A DNA stretch of 64,000 bases from the NCBI GenBank assembly GCA_022508375.1, contig JAFLVJ010000002.1, positions 104,323 to 168,322 of the forward strand, in the 5' to 3' direction. The notes beneath the pieces were generated by a model. It saw nothing but the letters and a program-made list of their open reading frames with translations. It had not been told where the DNA came from and made no database searches. The DNA is from Clostridiales bacterium. Lineage in GTDB: Bacteria; Bacillota; Clostridia; Christensenellales; CAG-314. The translations under genes and the position numbers were made by a program. This document shows positions 8,902-18,300 of the stretch, in pieces (position 1 is the stretch's first letter; each line of letters opens with the position of its first letter).

Positions 8902-10200
8902 ATGAGTAATACGATAGTGGCGTTATCTACCGCCAGGGGACGTGCGGCAATTGCAGTAGTGAGGATGAGCGGTGATGACGCAATAAAAATTGCAAAAAAG
9001 TTTTTTGCTCCATTTCCGAAAAAGCCCAATATGCTAAAAGTCGGAACGCTTAAAACACAGCACTTTGACGAGCATGCAATGTGCGTGTATTTTGCTACGC
9101 CCCACTCCTATACAGGGGAAAACACAGTAGAATTTCATTGTCACGGCGGTACTGCAGTATCTCAAGCCGTTATTGAGCAGTGTATTCATTACGGTGCGGT
9201 AATGGCACAAAACGGAGAATTCAGCAAACGTGCGTTTATCAATGGCAAGCAAAACCTGACAAATGCCGAAGGCATAATCGAAATGATTGACGCGGAAACG
9301 GCTTCTGCTGCCAAAGCGGGCGCAAATCTGTTGGAAAATAAGCTCGGAAAGCGTGTTGTTGAACTGCAAAATGAGCTTTTGGATATCATTTCCGCGTGTG
9401 AAGTGGCGCTTGACTATCCGGAAGAAGATCTTGAGTTGCCCACGGTAGATACGGCAGAACAACAGCTGAAGCACGTTGCAACACAGTTAGACGTGCTTAT
9501 TGCAACATCAACCTTGGGAAAAGTAGCGAAGTACGGTATAGACGTGGCAATAGTTGGCAAGCCCAACGTGGGCAAATCCAGTCTGCTCAACGCTTTGCTG
9601 GGAACGGACCGTGCAATAGTGTCGGACATACAGGGAACCACGCGGGATACACTCACCGAAAGCGTAAACTACAAGGATATAAAGTTTAACTTTGTGGATA
9701 CAGCCGGTCTGCGCGACACCTCGGATACTATCGAACAGGAAGGTGTAAAACGCGCCAAAAAAGCTGCCGATAGCGCCGACGTAGTGCTGCACGTAACTGA
9801 CGACCCAAGTGACCGTTCCGTCTATCCTACCGTACGCCCGCAGGTGCGTATTTACAACAAGTGTGATTTGTTTGAAAACGAACCTTGTTGCGTGGATAGC
9901 CTTGTGGTATCGGCAAAGAGCGGAAACGTGGAAGTTATAAAGGAAACACTTTATGAGATGTTCAGTGCTGGGGATATAGAAAACTCCGACTTGCTCATTA
10001 CAAACGAACGGCATTTATCGTGTTTGAAATTGGCAAAACAACAGGTAAATCAAGCAATGTCCGACTGCAAAGCGACAACTTTGGATATCGTTGCGGGAAG
10101 TATCCGACAAGCATGGGAAACGCTCGGTGAGATTACTGGTACAAGCGCACACGAAGATATTATTAACAGGATTTACAGCAAGTTCTGTTTGGGCAAGTAA
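8902..10200 (+). CDS. mnmE: tRNA modification GTPase MnmE (TrmE)
   Basis: N-terminal 'TIVALSTARGRAAIAVVRMSG', G1 motif 'GKPNVGKSSL', 'DTAG', and the C-terminal 'CLGK' motif. Confidence 0.95.
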   Translation: MSNTIVALSTARGRAAIAVVRMSGDDAIKIAKKFFAPFPKKPNMLKVGTLKTQHFDEHAMCVYFATPHSYTGENTVEFHCHGGTAVSQAVIEQCIHYGAVMAQNGEFSKRAFINGKQNLTNAEGIIEMIDAETASAAKAGANLLENKLGKRVVELQNELLDIISACEVALDYPEEDLELPTVDTAEQQLKHVATQLDVLIATSTLGKVAKYGIDVAIVGKPNVGKSSLLNALLGTDRAIVSDIQGTTRDTLTESVNYKDIKFNFVDTAGLRDTSDTIEQEGVKRAKKAADSADVVLHVTDDPSDRSVYPTVRPQVRIYNKCDLFENEPCCVDSLVVSAKSGNVEVIKETLYEMFSAGDIENSDLLITNERHLSCLKLAKQQVNQAMSDCKATTLDIVAGSIRQAWETLGEITGTSAHEDIINRIYSKFCLGK

Positions 10201-10296
10201 AAATTAAAATATTTACAACGTAAAAAAGTTGCACTTTTAAATGAACGCAAAGTAAAGCTATTAAAACGTACAACTAAACAAGTTAAAGTGTTTATT

Positions 10297-12141
10297 ATGA
10301 AAGAATATGACGTAATTGTAATAGGCGCGGGACATGCGGGATGCGAAGCGGCGTTAGCTTCCGCAAGACTGGGATGCTCCACATTGGTATTGGCTACCAA
10401 CCTTGATACGGTTGGTTTTTTGGCGTGCAATCCCAGTATTGGCGGGACAGCCAAGGGGCAGATTGTAAAGGAAATTGACGCGCTTGGCGGACAAATGGCA
10501 ATAAACGCCGATAGGAGTTTATTGCAAATGCGTATGCTCAACCGCGGCAAAGGTTCTGCCGTTTATTCACCGCGGGCGCAAGTTGACAAAAACGTCTATC
10601 ACGCCCAAATGAAGCGCACGTTGGAAAGTACTGCAAACTTACATTTGCGTCAAGGCGAAGCCGTATCCATTGAGCAAATATCTGACGGTTTTGTTGTGAA
10701 AACAGCCGTGGACTTGGTTTATACGTGTAAAGCTGTAGTGCTGTGTTGCGGAGTATATCTCAATTCCAAGACCTTGGTAGGGCAGTGTATAAGGGAATCC
10801 GGTCCAAACGGATTTGCTAATGCGCGCTATCTAACTCAAAGTCTGATAGATCTTGGATTTACAATCAGTCGTTTTAAGACGGGAACACCTGCAAGAGTTC
10901 GTTTGCAATCGATGGACTTATCCAAAACAGTAGAACAATGCGGTGAGGAGGACGTTCGTCCGTTTTCGTATATTACCGATAGCATTCCCGCAACAAAGCG
11001 TAGCTGTTATCTGACGTACTCCACAGAGGAAACAAAACGTATAATATTGGAAAATAAACACCTTGCACCGATATACAATGGTACAATTAACGGCGTTGGA
11101 CCGCGTTACTGTCCCAGTATAGAGGATAAAGTTGTACGTTTTGCGGACAAAGAGCGCCATCAAATTTTTTTGGAGCCGGAGTCGGAGGACACCTGCGAAT
11201 ATTACGTTCAAGGCGCGTCGTCTTCTATGCCTGCAAGCGTGCAGGAGGAAATTTACCACAGTATCGAAGGGCTGGAAAACGTTGAAATCATGCGAGACGC
11301 TTACGCAATAGAGTACGACTGCATTGACGCAACACAGCTTGACGCAACCCTGATGGCGAAGCATATTCCCGGGATGTTTTTCGCGGGGCAAATCAACGGC
11401 ACAAGCGGTTACGAGGAAGCGGCAGGACAGGGTATTGTTGCCGGAATCAATGCCGAACGGTACGTGCATAACAAGCCCAAGTTTACCTTGCGTCGCGACA
11501 ACAGTTACATTGGCGTATTGATTGACGATATCACCACAAAGGAAAACGTTGAACCTTACCGTATGATGACCAGTCGTGCCGAGCACAGACTTGTTTTGCG
11601 TCAAGATAACGCCGATATGCGCCTTACGGAGCTTGGCAAGGAAATAGGACTGGTAACGGATGAGCGCTATGCAAAGTTTTTGCACAAAAAGGAGCAAATA
11701 GAAAGCGCACAAAAGCAACTTAAAACGGTGGTTTCCCCCAAGGTGTACGGTCCACTGTTTGCTAAAAAAGACGAACCTGTTACGGGCGCGGGATTGACTG
11801 TAGATGAAATGCTTCGCCGAACCAATATCACGACGAAAGACATGCAAGAGTTGGGATTTTTCGCCGATATCGATGAGGACGCATTGTATGAGATTGAAAT
11901 CGAGTGCAAATATCGCGGATATATCGAAAAGGAAAAAGAGGCTATAGCACAAGCCAATAAGCTGGAAAATAAGCCGTTACCCGCCGATATCGATTACCTC
12001 GCTATTGACGGTTTACGGTTGGAGGCAAGGCAGAAACTTGACAAGATCCGTCCTGCAAATCTTGGACAGGCAGGGCGAATACTGGGCGTATCACCTGCGG
12101 ATATTCAAATATTGATAGTGTATCTTGCCACACACCGTTAA
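10297..12141 (+). CDS. mnmG: tRNA uridine 5-carboxymethylaminomethyl modification enzyme MnmG (GidA)
   Basis: FAD motif 'YDVIVIGAGHAGCEAA' and a full-length GidA-like sequence. The start is at ATG 10297; the GTG at 10288 is an alternative. Confidence 0.93.
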   Translation: MKEYDVIVIGAGHAGCEAALASARLGCSTLVLATNLDTVGFLACNPSIGGTAKGQIVKEIDALGGQMAINADRSLLQMRMLNRGKGSAVYSPRAQVDKNVYHAQMKRTLESTANLHLRQGEAVSIEQISDGFVVKTAVDLVYTCKAVVLCCGVYLNSKTLVGQCIRESGPNGFANARYLTQSLIDLGFTISRFKTGTPARVRLQSMDLSKTVEQCGEEDVRPFSYITDSIPATKRSCYLTYSTEETKRIILENKHLAPIYNGTINGVGPRYCPSIEDKVVRFADKERHQIFLEPESEDTCEYYVQGASSSMPASVQEEIYHSIEGLENVEIMRDAYAIEYDCIDATQLDATLMAKHIPGMFFAGQINGTSGYEEAAGQGIVAGINAERYVHNKPKFTLRRDNSYIGVLIDDITTKENVEPYRMMTSRAEHRLVLRQDNADMRLTELGKEIGLVTDERYAKFLHKKEQIESAQKQLKTVVSPKVYGPLFAKKDEPVTGAGLTVDEMLRRTNITTKDMQELGFFADIDEDALYEIEIECKYRGYIEKEKEAIAQANKLENKPLPADIDYLAIDGLRLEARQKLDKIRPANLGQAGRILGVSPADIQILIVYLATHR

Positions 12142-12168
12142 TTGTTCGACTGCGTGGCAAATCAAATA

Positions 12169-12849
12169 ATGATGAAAGAATATTTACAGCAACAAGTTAA
12201 TATTATTCTTGACGATAAAATGCGGGAAAAATTGAATTTTTACTGCAAGTTTTTGTTGGAAGAAAATGAAAAATACAACCTTACCGCGATTATCGACGTC
12301 AACGAGGTGTGGAATAAGCACTTCGCGGACAGTATTCTCGGAAGTGTTGCGATACCCAGTAACGCCACCGTATGCGACGTAGGAAGTGGCGCGGGGTTTC
12401 CGTCCATTCCGCTAAAAATCGCGCGTGATGACATTGATATTACCCTTGTGGATAGTCTCAACAAGCGCATAGCTTTTACGCAAACACTGTGTAATCAATT
12501 GGGTATATCGGCAAACTTTTACCATGATCGCGCCGAGGATTTTGCCCGACTTCACTCGGAACAATTTGACGTGGCAACGGCTAGGGCTGTCGCTCCGTTA
12601 AATATCCTGTTGGAATACACTGCGCAAATTGTCAAGATAGGCGGTCTTGTCGTTGCTTATAAGACGGATCTTGCGGAAGTTGACGTAGCAAAACACGCTG
12701 CAACGCTACTGGGATTGCAATTTGAAAAACACTACGATTTTACCCTTCCCGACGGTAGCAAACGCGCAATACTGGTATATAAAAAAGTAAAACCGACGCC
12801 CAAAGCCTATCCGCGCGGACAAAATAAACCGCGTAAACAACCGTTGTAG
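12169..12849 (+). CDS. rsmG: 16S rRNA (guanine527-N7)-methyltransferase RsmG (GidB)
   Basis: 'YNLTAI...VWNKHFADS' and the SAM motif 'VCDVGSGAGFPSIPLKI'. The start is ambiguous: ATG 12169 is preferred, and the ORF is open from TTG 12142. Confidence 0.88.
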   Translation: MMKEYLQQQVNIILDDKMREKLNFYCKFLLEENEKYNLTAIIDVNEVWNKHFADSILGSVAIPSNATVCDVGSGAGFPSIPLKIARDDIDITLVDSLNKRIAFTQTLCNQLGISANFYHDRAEDFARLHSEQFDVATARAVAPLNILLEYTAQIVKIGGLVVAYKTDLAEVDVAKHAATLLGLQFEKHYDFTLPDGSKRAILVYKKVKPTPKAYPRGQNKPRKQPL

Positions 12850-12938
12850 TTTTAACATTTTTGTGGAATACCCGAGCTTGATGTTGACAATCATATAAAC
12901 AAAGTATAAAATTTTCATCATTTATTTGCGGAGGAAAT

Positions 12939-13649
12939 ATGCGACGAAATTTATCTGTAATATTGGTAATTGTTCTTGTAGTTGCAACCACGTTGCTACT
13001 CGTTGCGTGCGGTGGCGACGTCAAAACAGAGCAAGAGTGGAATGCCGCAATGGAACGTCTAAAAAATGGCGATACATTAACAATCAGCTACAAACAAGAA
13101 AAGTCATCTAATGCGCGTACTACGAAAACATATGATACGTGGACGGTAACATATGATACAACTAAGGGAGTATTGTACGCCGAGCAAGATGTTAAAAGCT
13201 ACAATCTTTTCGGTGTTTTGATTGAACAAATAAACCATTATCAATACGTTGAATTGGAAGACGTAGAGTTAAAAAACTACACTAAACACGTCGTCGAAAA
13301 CCGCAACGTAAACTGGGAAGCAACCTCACGCAGTTACGCCAGTGAAGATGAGGCTGTAGCGCGGTTAAAGGAAGAATTTGCGTCATATCTCAAATTGTTC
13401 AATTTGGACAACTTAAATTACAATGATTTTGCTCTAAAAAAGGGCAAATATCAAAAGTCCGAAGTCGTCAATGAAAAAAATACATTGTGGCAGCTTACCT
13501 TTGCCGACGGACAATTAAACACTGTTCACTTTGAAAGCAAACACAAAAAAGGCTCCAGCGACATAGATTACACAAAAATCGACATTACCATACAATACAG
13601 CGCCGAGATTACGACTCCGACTGATTTGGAAAATGCATTTTGGAAATAG
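12939..13649 (+). CDS. Hypothetical lipoprotein
   Basis: Signal peptide with lipobox 'LLLVAC|GG'. GGAGG RBS. A terminator follows. Confidence 0.7.
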   Translation: MRRNLSVILVIVLVVATTLLLVACGGDVKTEQEWNAAMERLKNGDTLTISYKQEKSSNARTTKTYDTWTVTYDTTKGVLYAEQDVKSYNLFGVLIEQINHYQYVELEDVELKNYTKHVVENRNVNWEATSRSYASEDEAVARLKEEFASYLKLFNLDNLNYNDFALKKGKYQKSEVVNEKNTLWQLTFADGQLNTVHFESKHKKGSSDIDYTKIDITIQYSAEITTPTDLENAFWK

Positions 13650-13660
13650 CATTTGAAATA

Positions 13661-13692
13661 AAAAAAGTACCGATATGACGTCGGTACTTTTT
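13661..13692. terminator. Bidirectional terminator between convergent lipoprotein genes
   Basis: Stem gtaccga(13667-13673)/tcggtac(13681-13687), flanked by an A-run and a T-run. Confidence 0.75.
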
Positions 13693-13783
13693 CAATTATG
13701 AAGTATTTTACAGTGATTAAATGTTAATTCAATCTTTGATTTGTAAAAAAATCATACATGCAGAATTTGTTATCGTAGATAAT

Positions 13784-14935
13784 TTAAGCCTTTTCTTCGG
13801 CGGGAGTGGCAAGTGCCGTCCAAATCTCGCTCCAGTTTGTGGTGTTGGTAGTTGTATCGCTGTAGTCGATTTCGTAAGCAAGGTAGCCAACGCGGAAGCG
13901 CACCGTTGTAAACTTGGATTCGTTTCCGCTCAGTGTGGAAAATACATCAAGGTTCTTTTTCGCAAGACCTTCTGGAAGATTTTCCTGCATTATGAAGGGA
14001 TTGTTGCCAATAGCTGCAGATACTACATTGATGTTTGTCGCTAGCGTTTTGTCTTGGGCGGTATCGGTAAGCAACACGTCGTATTCGTAGGACATACCGA
14101 AACTTGCCACTTGCAAAGTTTGAGTGTATGGGTTAAATACGTTCTTGGACGGATTGTCCTGAAAACTTGTGGAAGATTTGTCCAGACTTCTCATATAAAT
14201 GAGAATTTGATTGCTGTCGATAAATGTTCCTGCCGAGTTTCTGGCGAATTTGTATTCCGTTGTGTTTTCGCCGTCGGCTGTTTTCATGATTGTTTTTGCG
14301 ACGGGACGTTTGCCGGAATAGTCGTATTCTGTGCTTATTTCGTACTTTGTAAGCTTTTGAGCGGCTTTACCTGTGTAAAAACCGTCCACTTTAACCGAAG
14401 ATGACAAAGGTTTTTGCGAGGATGTGTTTTCAAAACGGACCGCCGTTTCCGTAGCGGAGTAAAGTATCACGACATTACTATCGAAGGTGTCGGTCATCTT
14501 ACATTTATCCATTTGCTCCTGCGTTGCTTTCGCGGCTAGCAGTTCGCTGTTGTCGTGGATATCCGCTTCTTTGTATGCAACGCACATTTCCTGCTTTGTT
14601 GTAACGTCGCAATATGCAGTTCCGTCCGATGAGGGGACGACATCAATGGTGTAAGTTCCACTGACTGCTAAGGGTCTTATCTCGTCCCAATTTTTAAATT
14701 CGCTTGCAAAGGCAATATCTTTTTGGTATTTACCGCCTTCAACGGCAACGCCTTCGGATGTGTAATATTTGAAATTGTTACTATCCCCGGCAAAGTCGGC
14801 AAGAGAAATGTTGAAAACGTGTGTTTCTGTTTTCCATCTGATCAATACTTTCGTAGCCGCCGTCTGATTGCATGCGGTAAGCGCCAAACACAGGATTAAA
14901 ATCACAAATACAAGTAGTGCAATTTTTCTTTTCAT
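13784..14935 (-). CDS. Hypothetical lipoprotein (383 aa)
   Basis: Signal peptide with lipobox 'LALTAC|NQ'. GGAG RBS. I recognise no family motif. Confidence 0.7.
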   Translation of the reverse strand: MKRKIALLVFVILILCLALTACNQTAATKVLIRWKTETHVFNISLADFAGDSNNFKYYTSEGVAVEGGKYQKDIAFASEFKNWDEIRPLAVSGTYTIDVVPSSDGTAYCDVTTKQEMCVAYKEADIHDNSELLAAKATQEQMDKCKMTDTFDSNVVILYSATETAVRFENTSSQKPLSSSVKVDGFYTGKAAQKLTKYEISTEYDYSGKRPVAKTIMKTADGENTTEYKFARNSAGTFIDSNQILIYMRSLDKSSTSFQDNPSKNVFNPYTQTLQVASFGMSYEYDVLLTDTAQDKTLATNINVVSAAIGNNPFIMQENLPEGLAKKNLDVFSTLSGNESKFTTVRFRVGYLAYEIDYSDTTTNTTNWSEIWTALATPAEEKA

Positions 14936-15062
14936 ATAAACTCCGTTAAGTTGTCAATGATTGTATTATTGATTATATCATACTTTAATAGATATTGCCA
15001 ACTATTATTTTTGTCATTCAATCGCCGAGTTCAAATTGCCCCACCCCCGACGCGGAGAGCGG

Positions 15063-15091
15063 TTGCAAACAAACACTCGGTGTGGTATAAT
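15063..15091 (+). promoter_or_regulatory. Sigma-A type promoter of addBA; ATG at predicted +1 (leaderless)
   Basis: TTGCAA(15063-15068)-17 bp-TGG TATAAT(15083-15091). The ATG at 15098 lies 6 nt after the -10. Confidence 0.55.
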
Positions 15092-15097
15092 TTTACT

Positions 15098-18000
15098 ATG
15101 ATTACAATTTACAAGACAAACACTATGGCGGATGCGTCTCAATACGTTATTGACGTTTTAAAAAGGGTAGATAAGAGCAACCTCGACGTCATGCACACGG
15201 TAATTGTGCCCGATCGCGCGTCTCTCGAGGCGGAAAGGGCGTTGCTCAAAGCCTTGGGTGGCAGCTTTAATGCACAAGTAAGGACGTTTAGGCGCTTAGC
15301 TGCGGATATTTTGCCTAAGTACGACTACCTATCTAAGCAAGCAGGCATAATGGCGCTATCCGGTATAATCAAGGATCACAAGGACGAATTGACATGTTAC
15401 GTCAAGGGCATTGACACTGTCGGCTTTGTGGAAAACATGTACGATACCATCAGCATGATGAAGTACTGCAAGATATCGCCCAAACAACTGTTAACGGATC
15501 TTCCCAAGAGCGTAAAGGGCAAGGCGCAGGATATAGCTTTGCTGTATCAGGCGTATCTTGATTATACTTCCGACCGATTTATCGACTCGGCAGACAAGCT
15601 GGATTTGCTTAGCGAAAGCATTGCGCAATCGGATATTGCTGCAAACGGTTACTTTTATTTGTACGACTTCGACAACTTTTCCACGCAGGAACTGGCAATT
15701 GTTGAGCAACTTATGCTCAAAAGTCGCGGTGTTACGGTGGCATGTTGCGTGGGTGACGGCTACCGTGACAGGCATCTGTATCTGGACGATATTTATAGCG
15801 GTGTTGTTGAGCTGTGCAAGCGAAACGACATCCAACCGCAAATAATTCAAGGCAAAAACTTCGTTAACCGTTACGCTGAGCAAATAGGCACACATCTATT
15901 TCGTTACGACAGCTGCACTCCCATGGAGGCGACAAACTATGCGAGTATATACGAAGGAACGACTCGCGTCAACGAAGTGTATGCCTTGGCGTGCGAAGTG
16001 CAAAAGTACGTGCGCAACGGAGGCCGTTTTAGGGATATATACGTTGTAACAAGCGATATTGCCAAGTATTCCAACGCTATTTCCACGATTTTCGATCAAT
16101 TTGAAATACCGTATTTTTGTGACAGACAGTTTGTTTTGTCCGATCACCCGTACGCGCGTTTCGTTATAGACTACCTTACGCTGCACAAAAACAACGGAAA
16201 GCTTAGCAGCGTGCTTCCTTTTGTCAAAAATTATCTGTTTTGTGGCGATTTCGACGGTAATCTGAGCCAAAACGACGACGTATTTCTATTTGAAAACTAT
16301 TGCCTGAAGTACAACGTTTCCTATCGGTACGACAGCTTTTCGTTAGGACGCGAGGAAGAGTATTTTGCGCAAGCGGATAACTTCCGTGACAAGTTTAACA
16401 AGCTTTACAGTGAGATAAAGGTCCCTGAAAGCGCGCAGGTATCAACGTACGTTGCTATTATTCGCAAACTTATCGAAGTATCCAACCTTGTTGAGCGCAA
16501 CAGCCGCTTTGCCGAACAACAGCAAGGCGAAGGGCTGTCATTTGAGGCAAAGGTCACCAAGCAAGCGCAGGAAAAGTTCGAAACTGTATTGATGCAAGCG
16601 GAGCAAGTGCTAGGCGAACGGTACGTCAAACTGGACGAATTTATCAAGACCTTGTCGGCAGGCGTTGCTTCGGTAAAAATATCCGTTATTCCCGTTTACA
16701 ACGATTGCGTCATATTTGCCAACATGGCAAAGGCGCGCAAGCACGATATCAAGTTTTTGGCTTTGCTTGGCGCAAACTACGGTGCGATGCCCATTGTCAA
16801 GAGTGACAGCAAGCTGTTATCGGACAGAAATATCGTGGATTTGGTAAATGCGGGCGTAAACGTTGAACCTCAGATATTTACCGAAAACAGGCGTGAGCGT
16901 TTCAGTCTGTTTCAGTTGCTGATGGAACCTACTAATAAACTGTACGTATCCTACACGTTGACGGACGGCGCGGATAGTCTTATTCCGTCGCCATTTGTAA
17001 ACGAGCTTGGACTGTTGTTTACGGCAGGCGGTCAAGCGTTGGCTCCAACACACCTTGTGGACGAGGATATATATACCGAAGGTCAGGCGATTGCCAAGGT
17101 TGTACTAAACAACAGACGTCTAAAAGACTGTCAAATAGTGCAAGTGCCGTCATTTAACGCGCTTAGTGTGCTGTTCGCAGACAGGATTGCGCACTACGAA
17201 TTTACTAAAGACGGTAGGTCTGTCACGGTAGATAGGGGCGGAGAGCTTTACCTCAAAAACTCCGCTACAAGCGTAAGCCAATTGACGGATTTTTTCAAGT
17301 GTCCGTTCCGTTTTTATATAGAGTACGGTCTGAACGTTAAGCCACGTTCCGTAGCCGAGTTGGATTCGGCGGAACTGGGTAACGTACTGCACGCCGTACT
17401 GGAGGAGTACGTCAGGAATATGGACTTGACGGAAAGTGACGAAATTACGCGGGAAAAAGCGCAAAAGTGGTTCGATTACGCCATGCGCGACGACTTTTAC
17501 AAGGGAATGAGGAATGATCCCAAGATGGTGGGAGTTCTTGAGCAACTCAAATCGGAAAGTTGCCGTATGTGTAGGGTAGTCAAGTCACAGTTGTGCAACT
17601 CCAATTTTACCAATCTTGCAACGGAGCTTGCGTTTGGAGGAAGTAGCGAGTTACCTCCCGTTGTGGTGGAGTTTTCGGGCGGTAAGTTCTCCCTCGTGGG
17701 AAAAATCGACCGAGTTGACGTAAAAGACGGACGTTTTATCGTCATCGATTACAAAAGCGGTTCGGCTGCGGCGTCTTATCACGAGAAGGACTTATATATA
17801 GGACACAAGATGCAACTGCCCGTGTACGTCAGGGCGGTAGAGCAAATTTACGGTATGCGTCCTGCGGGATTTTACTACTTCAACATGCACGATAACTTTA
17901 CCGACCTCAACTCCGAAAAGGTTTATACCTACAACGGCAGGACGTTGGACGACGTACAAGTTGCAAAGGACATTGATACAAAGCTTGACGCGGGCAAGAG

Positions 18001-18292
18001 CGAAAAATTGGGTCTTAAACTGAAATCGGACGGAACTCTAAGTCGCGTTGGCAGCAAATTGCTTAGCGACGAACAATTCGACAATCAAACGGAGTACGCT
18101 TTTCGTCTTATCAAGAGGGCCGGTGAACTTATGAAACAGGGCTACGCTGCAGTCAATCCCTACGTGGGCGCATGTGACTACTGCGATTACATAGATATTT
18201 GCGACTTCAACGACGTGTATTCGCACAACGCGCGCGAAGTGAAGGACAAAATATCCATAGATACTATTGATAAAGTAATACGGAGGTCATAG
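15098..18292 (+). CDS. addB: Helicase-nuclease complex AddAB, subunit B (AddB/RexB)
   Basis: The C-terminal RecB-type nuclease carries Fe-S cysteines ('FFKCPFRFY' ... 'GACDYCDYIDIC') and 'IDRVD...VIDYKSG'. It pairs with addA downstream. The start is set at ATG 15098 because the upstream part of the long ORF (14951-15097) overlaps the promoter and looks non-coding. Confidence 0.9.
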   Translation: MITIYKTNTMADASQYVIDVLKRVDKSNLDVMHTVIVPDRASLEAERALLKALGGSFNAQVRTFRRLAADILPKYDYLSKQAGIMALSGIIKDHKDELTCYVKGIDTVGFVENMYDTISMMKYCKISPKQLLTDLPKSVKGKAQDIALLYQAYLDYTSDRFIDSADKLDLLSESIAQSDIAANGYFYLYDFDNFSTQELAIVEQLMLKSRGVTVACCVGDGYRDRHLYLDDIYSGVVELCKRNDIQPQIIQGKNFVNRYAEQIGTHLFRYDSCTPMEATNYASIYEGTTRVNEVYALACEVQKYVRNGGRFRDIYVVTSDIAKYSNAISTIFDQFEIPYFCDRQFVLSDHPYARFVIDYLTLHKNNGKLSSVLPFVKNYLFCGDFDGNLSQNDDVFLFENYCLKYNVSYRYDSFSLGREEEYFAQADNFRDKFNKLYSEIKVPESAQVSTYVAIIRKLIEVSNLVERNSRFAEQQQGEGLSFEAKVTKQAQEKFETVLMQAEQVLGERYVKLDEFIKTLSAGVASVKISVIPVYNDCVIFANMAKARKHDIKFLALLGANYGAMPIVKSDSKLLSDRNIVDLVNAGVNVEPQIFTENRRERFSLFQLLMEPTNKLYVSYTLTDGADSLIPSPFVNELGLLFTAGGQALAPTHLVDEDIYTEGQAIAKVVLNNRRLKDCQIVQVPSFNALSVLFADRIAHYEFTKDGRSVTVDRGGELYLKNSATSVSQLTDFFKCPFRFYIEYGLNVKPRSVAELDSAELGNVLHAVLEEYVRNMDLTESDEITREKAQKWFDYAMRDDFYKGMRNDPKMVGVLEQLKSESCRMCRVVKSQLCNSNFTNLATELAFGGSSELPPVVVEFSGGKFSLVGKIDRVDVKDGRFIVIDYKSGSAAASYHEKDLYIGHKMQLPVYVRAVEQIYGMRPAGFYYFNMHDNFTDLNSEKVYTYNGRTLDDVQVAKDIDTKLDAGKSEKLGLKLKSDGTLSRVGSKLLSDEQFDNQTEYAFRLIKRAGELMKQGYAAVNPYVGACDYCDYIDICDFNDVYSHNAREVKDKISIDTIDKVIRRS

Positions 18293-18300
18293 CCATATAA

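Noticed and set aside
10918-11952. 344-aa ORF on the minus strand.
   Set aside because: It lies entirely antisense to the highly conserved mnmG gene. It has no RBS and an odd Cys/Phe/Leu-rich composition. This is a typical shadow ORF.
14951-15097. 49-codon N-terminal extension of the addB ORF in the six-frame track.
   Set aside because: The extension begins at a non-ATG codon and is hydrophobic junk unrelated to AddB. It contains the TTGCAA-17-TATAAT promoter, and homology-like sequence starts at ATG 15098.
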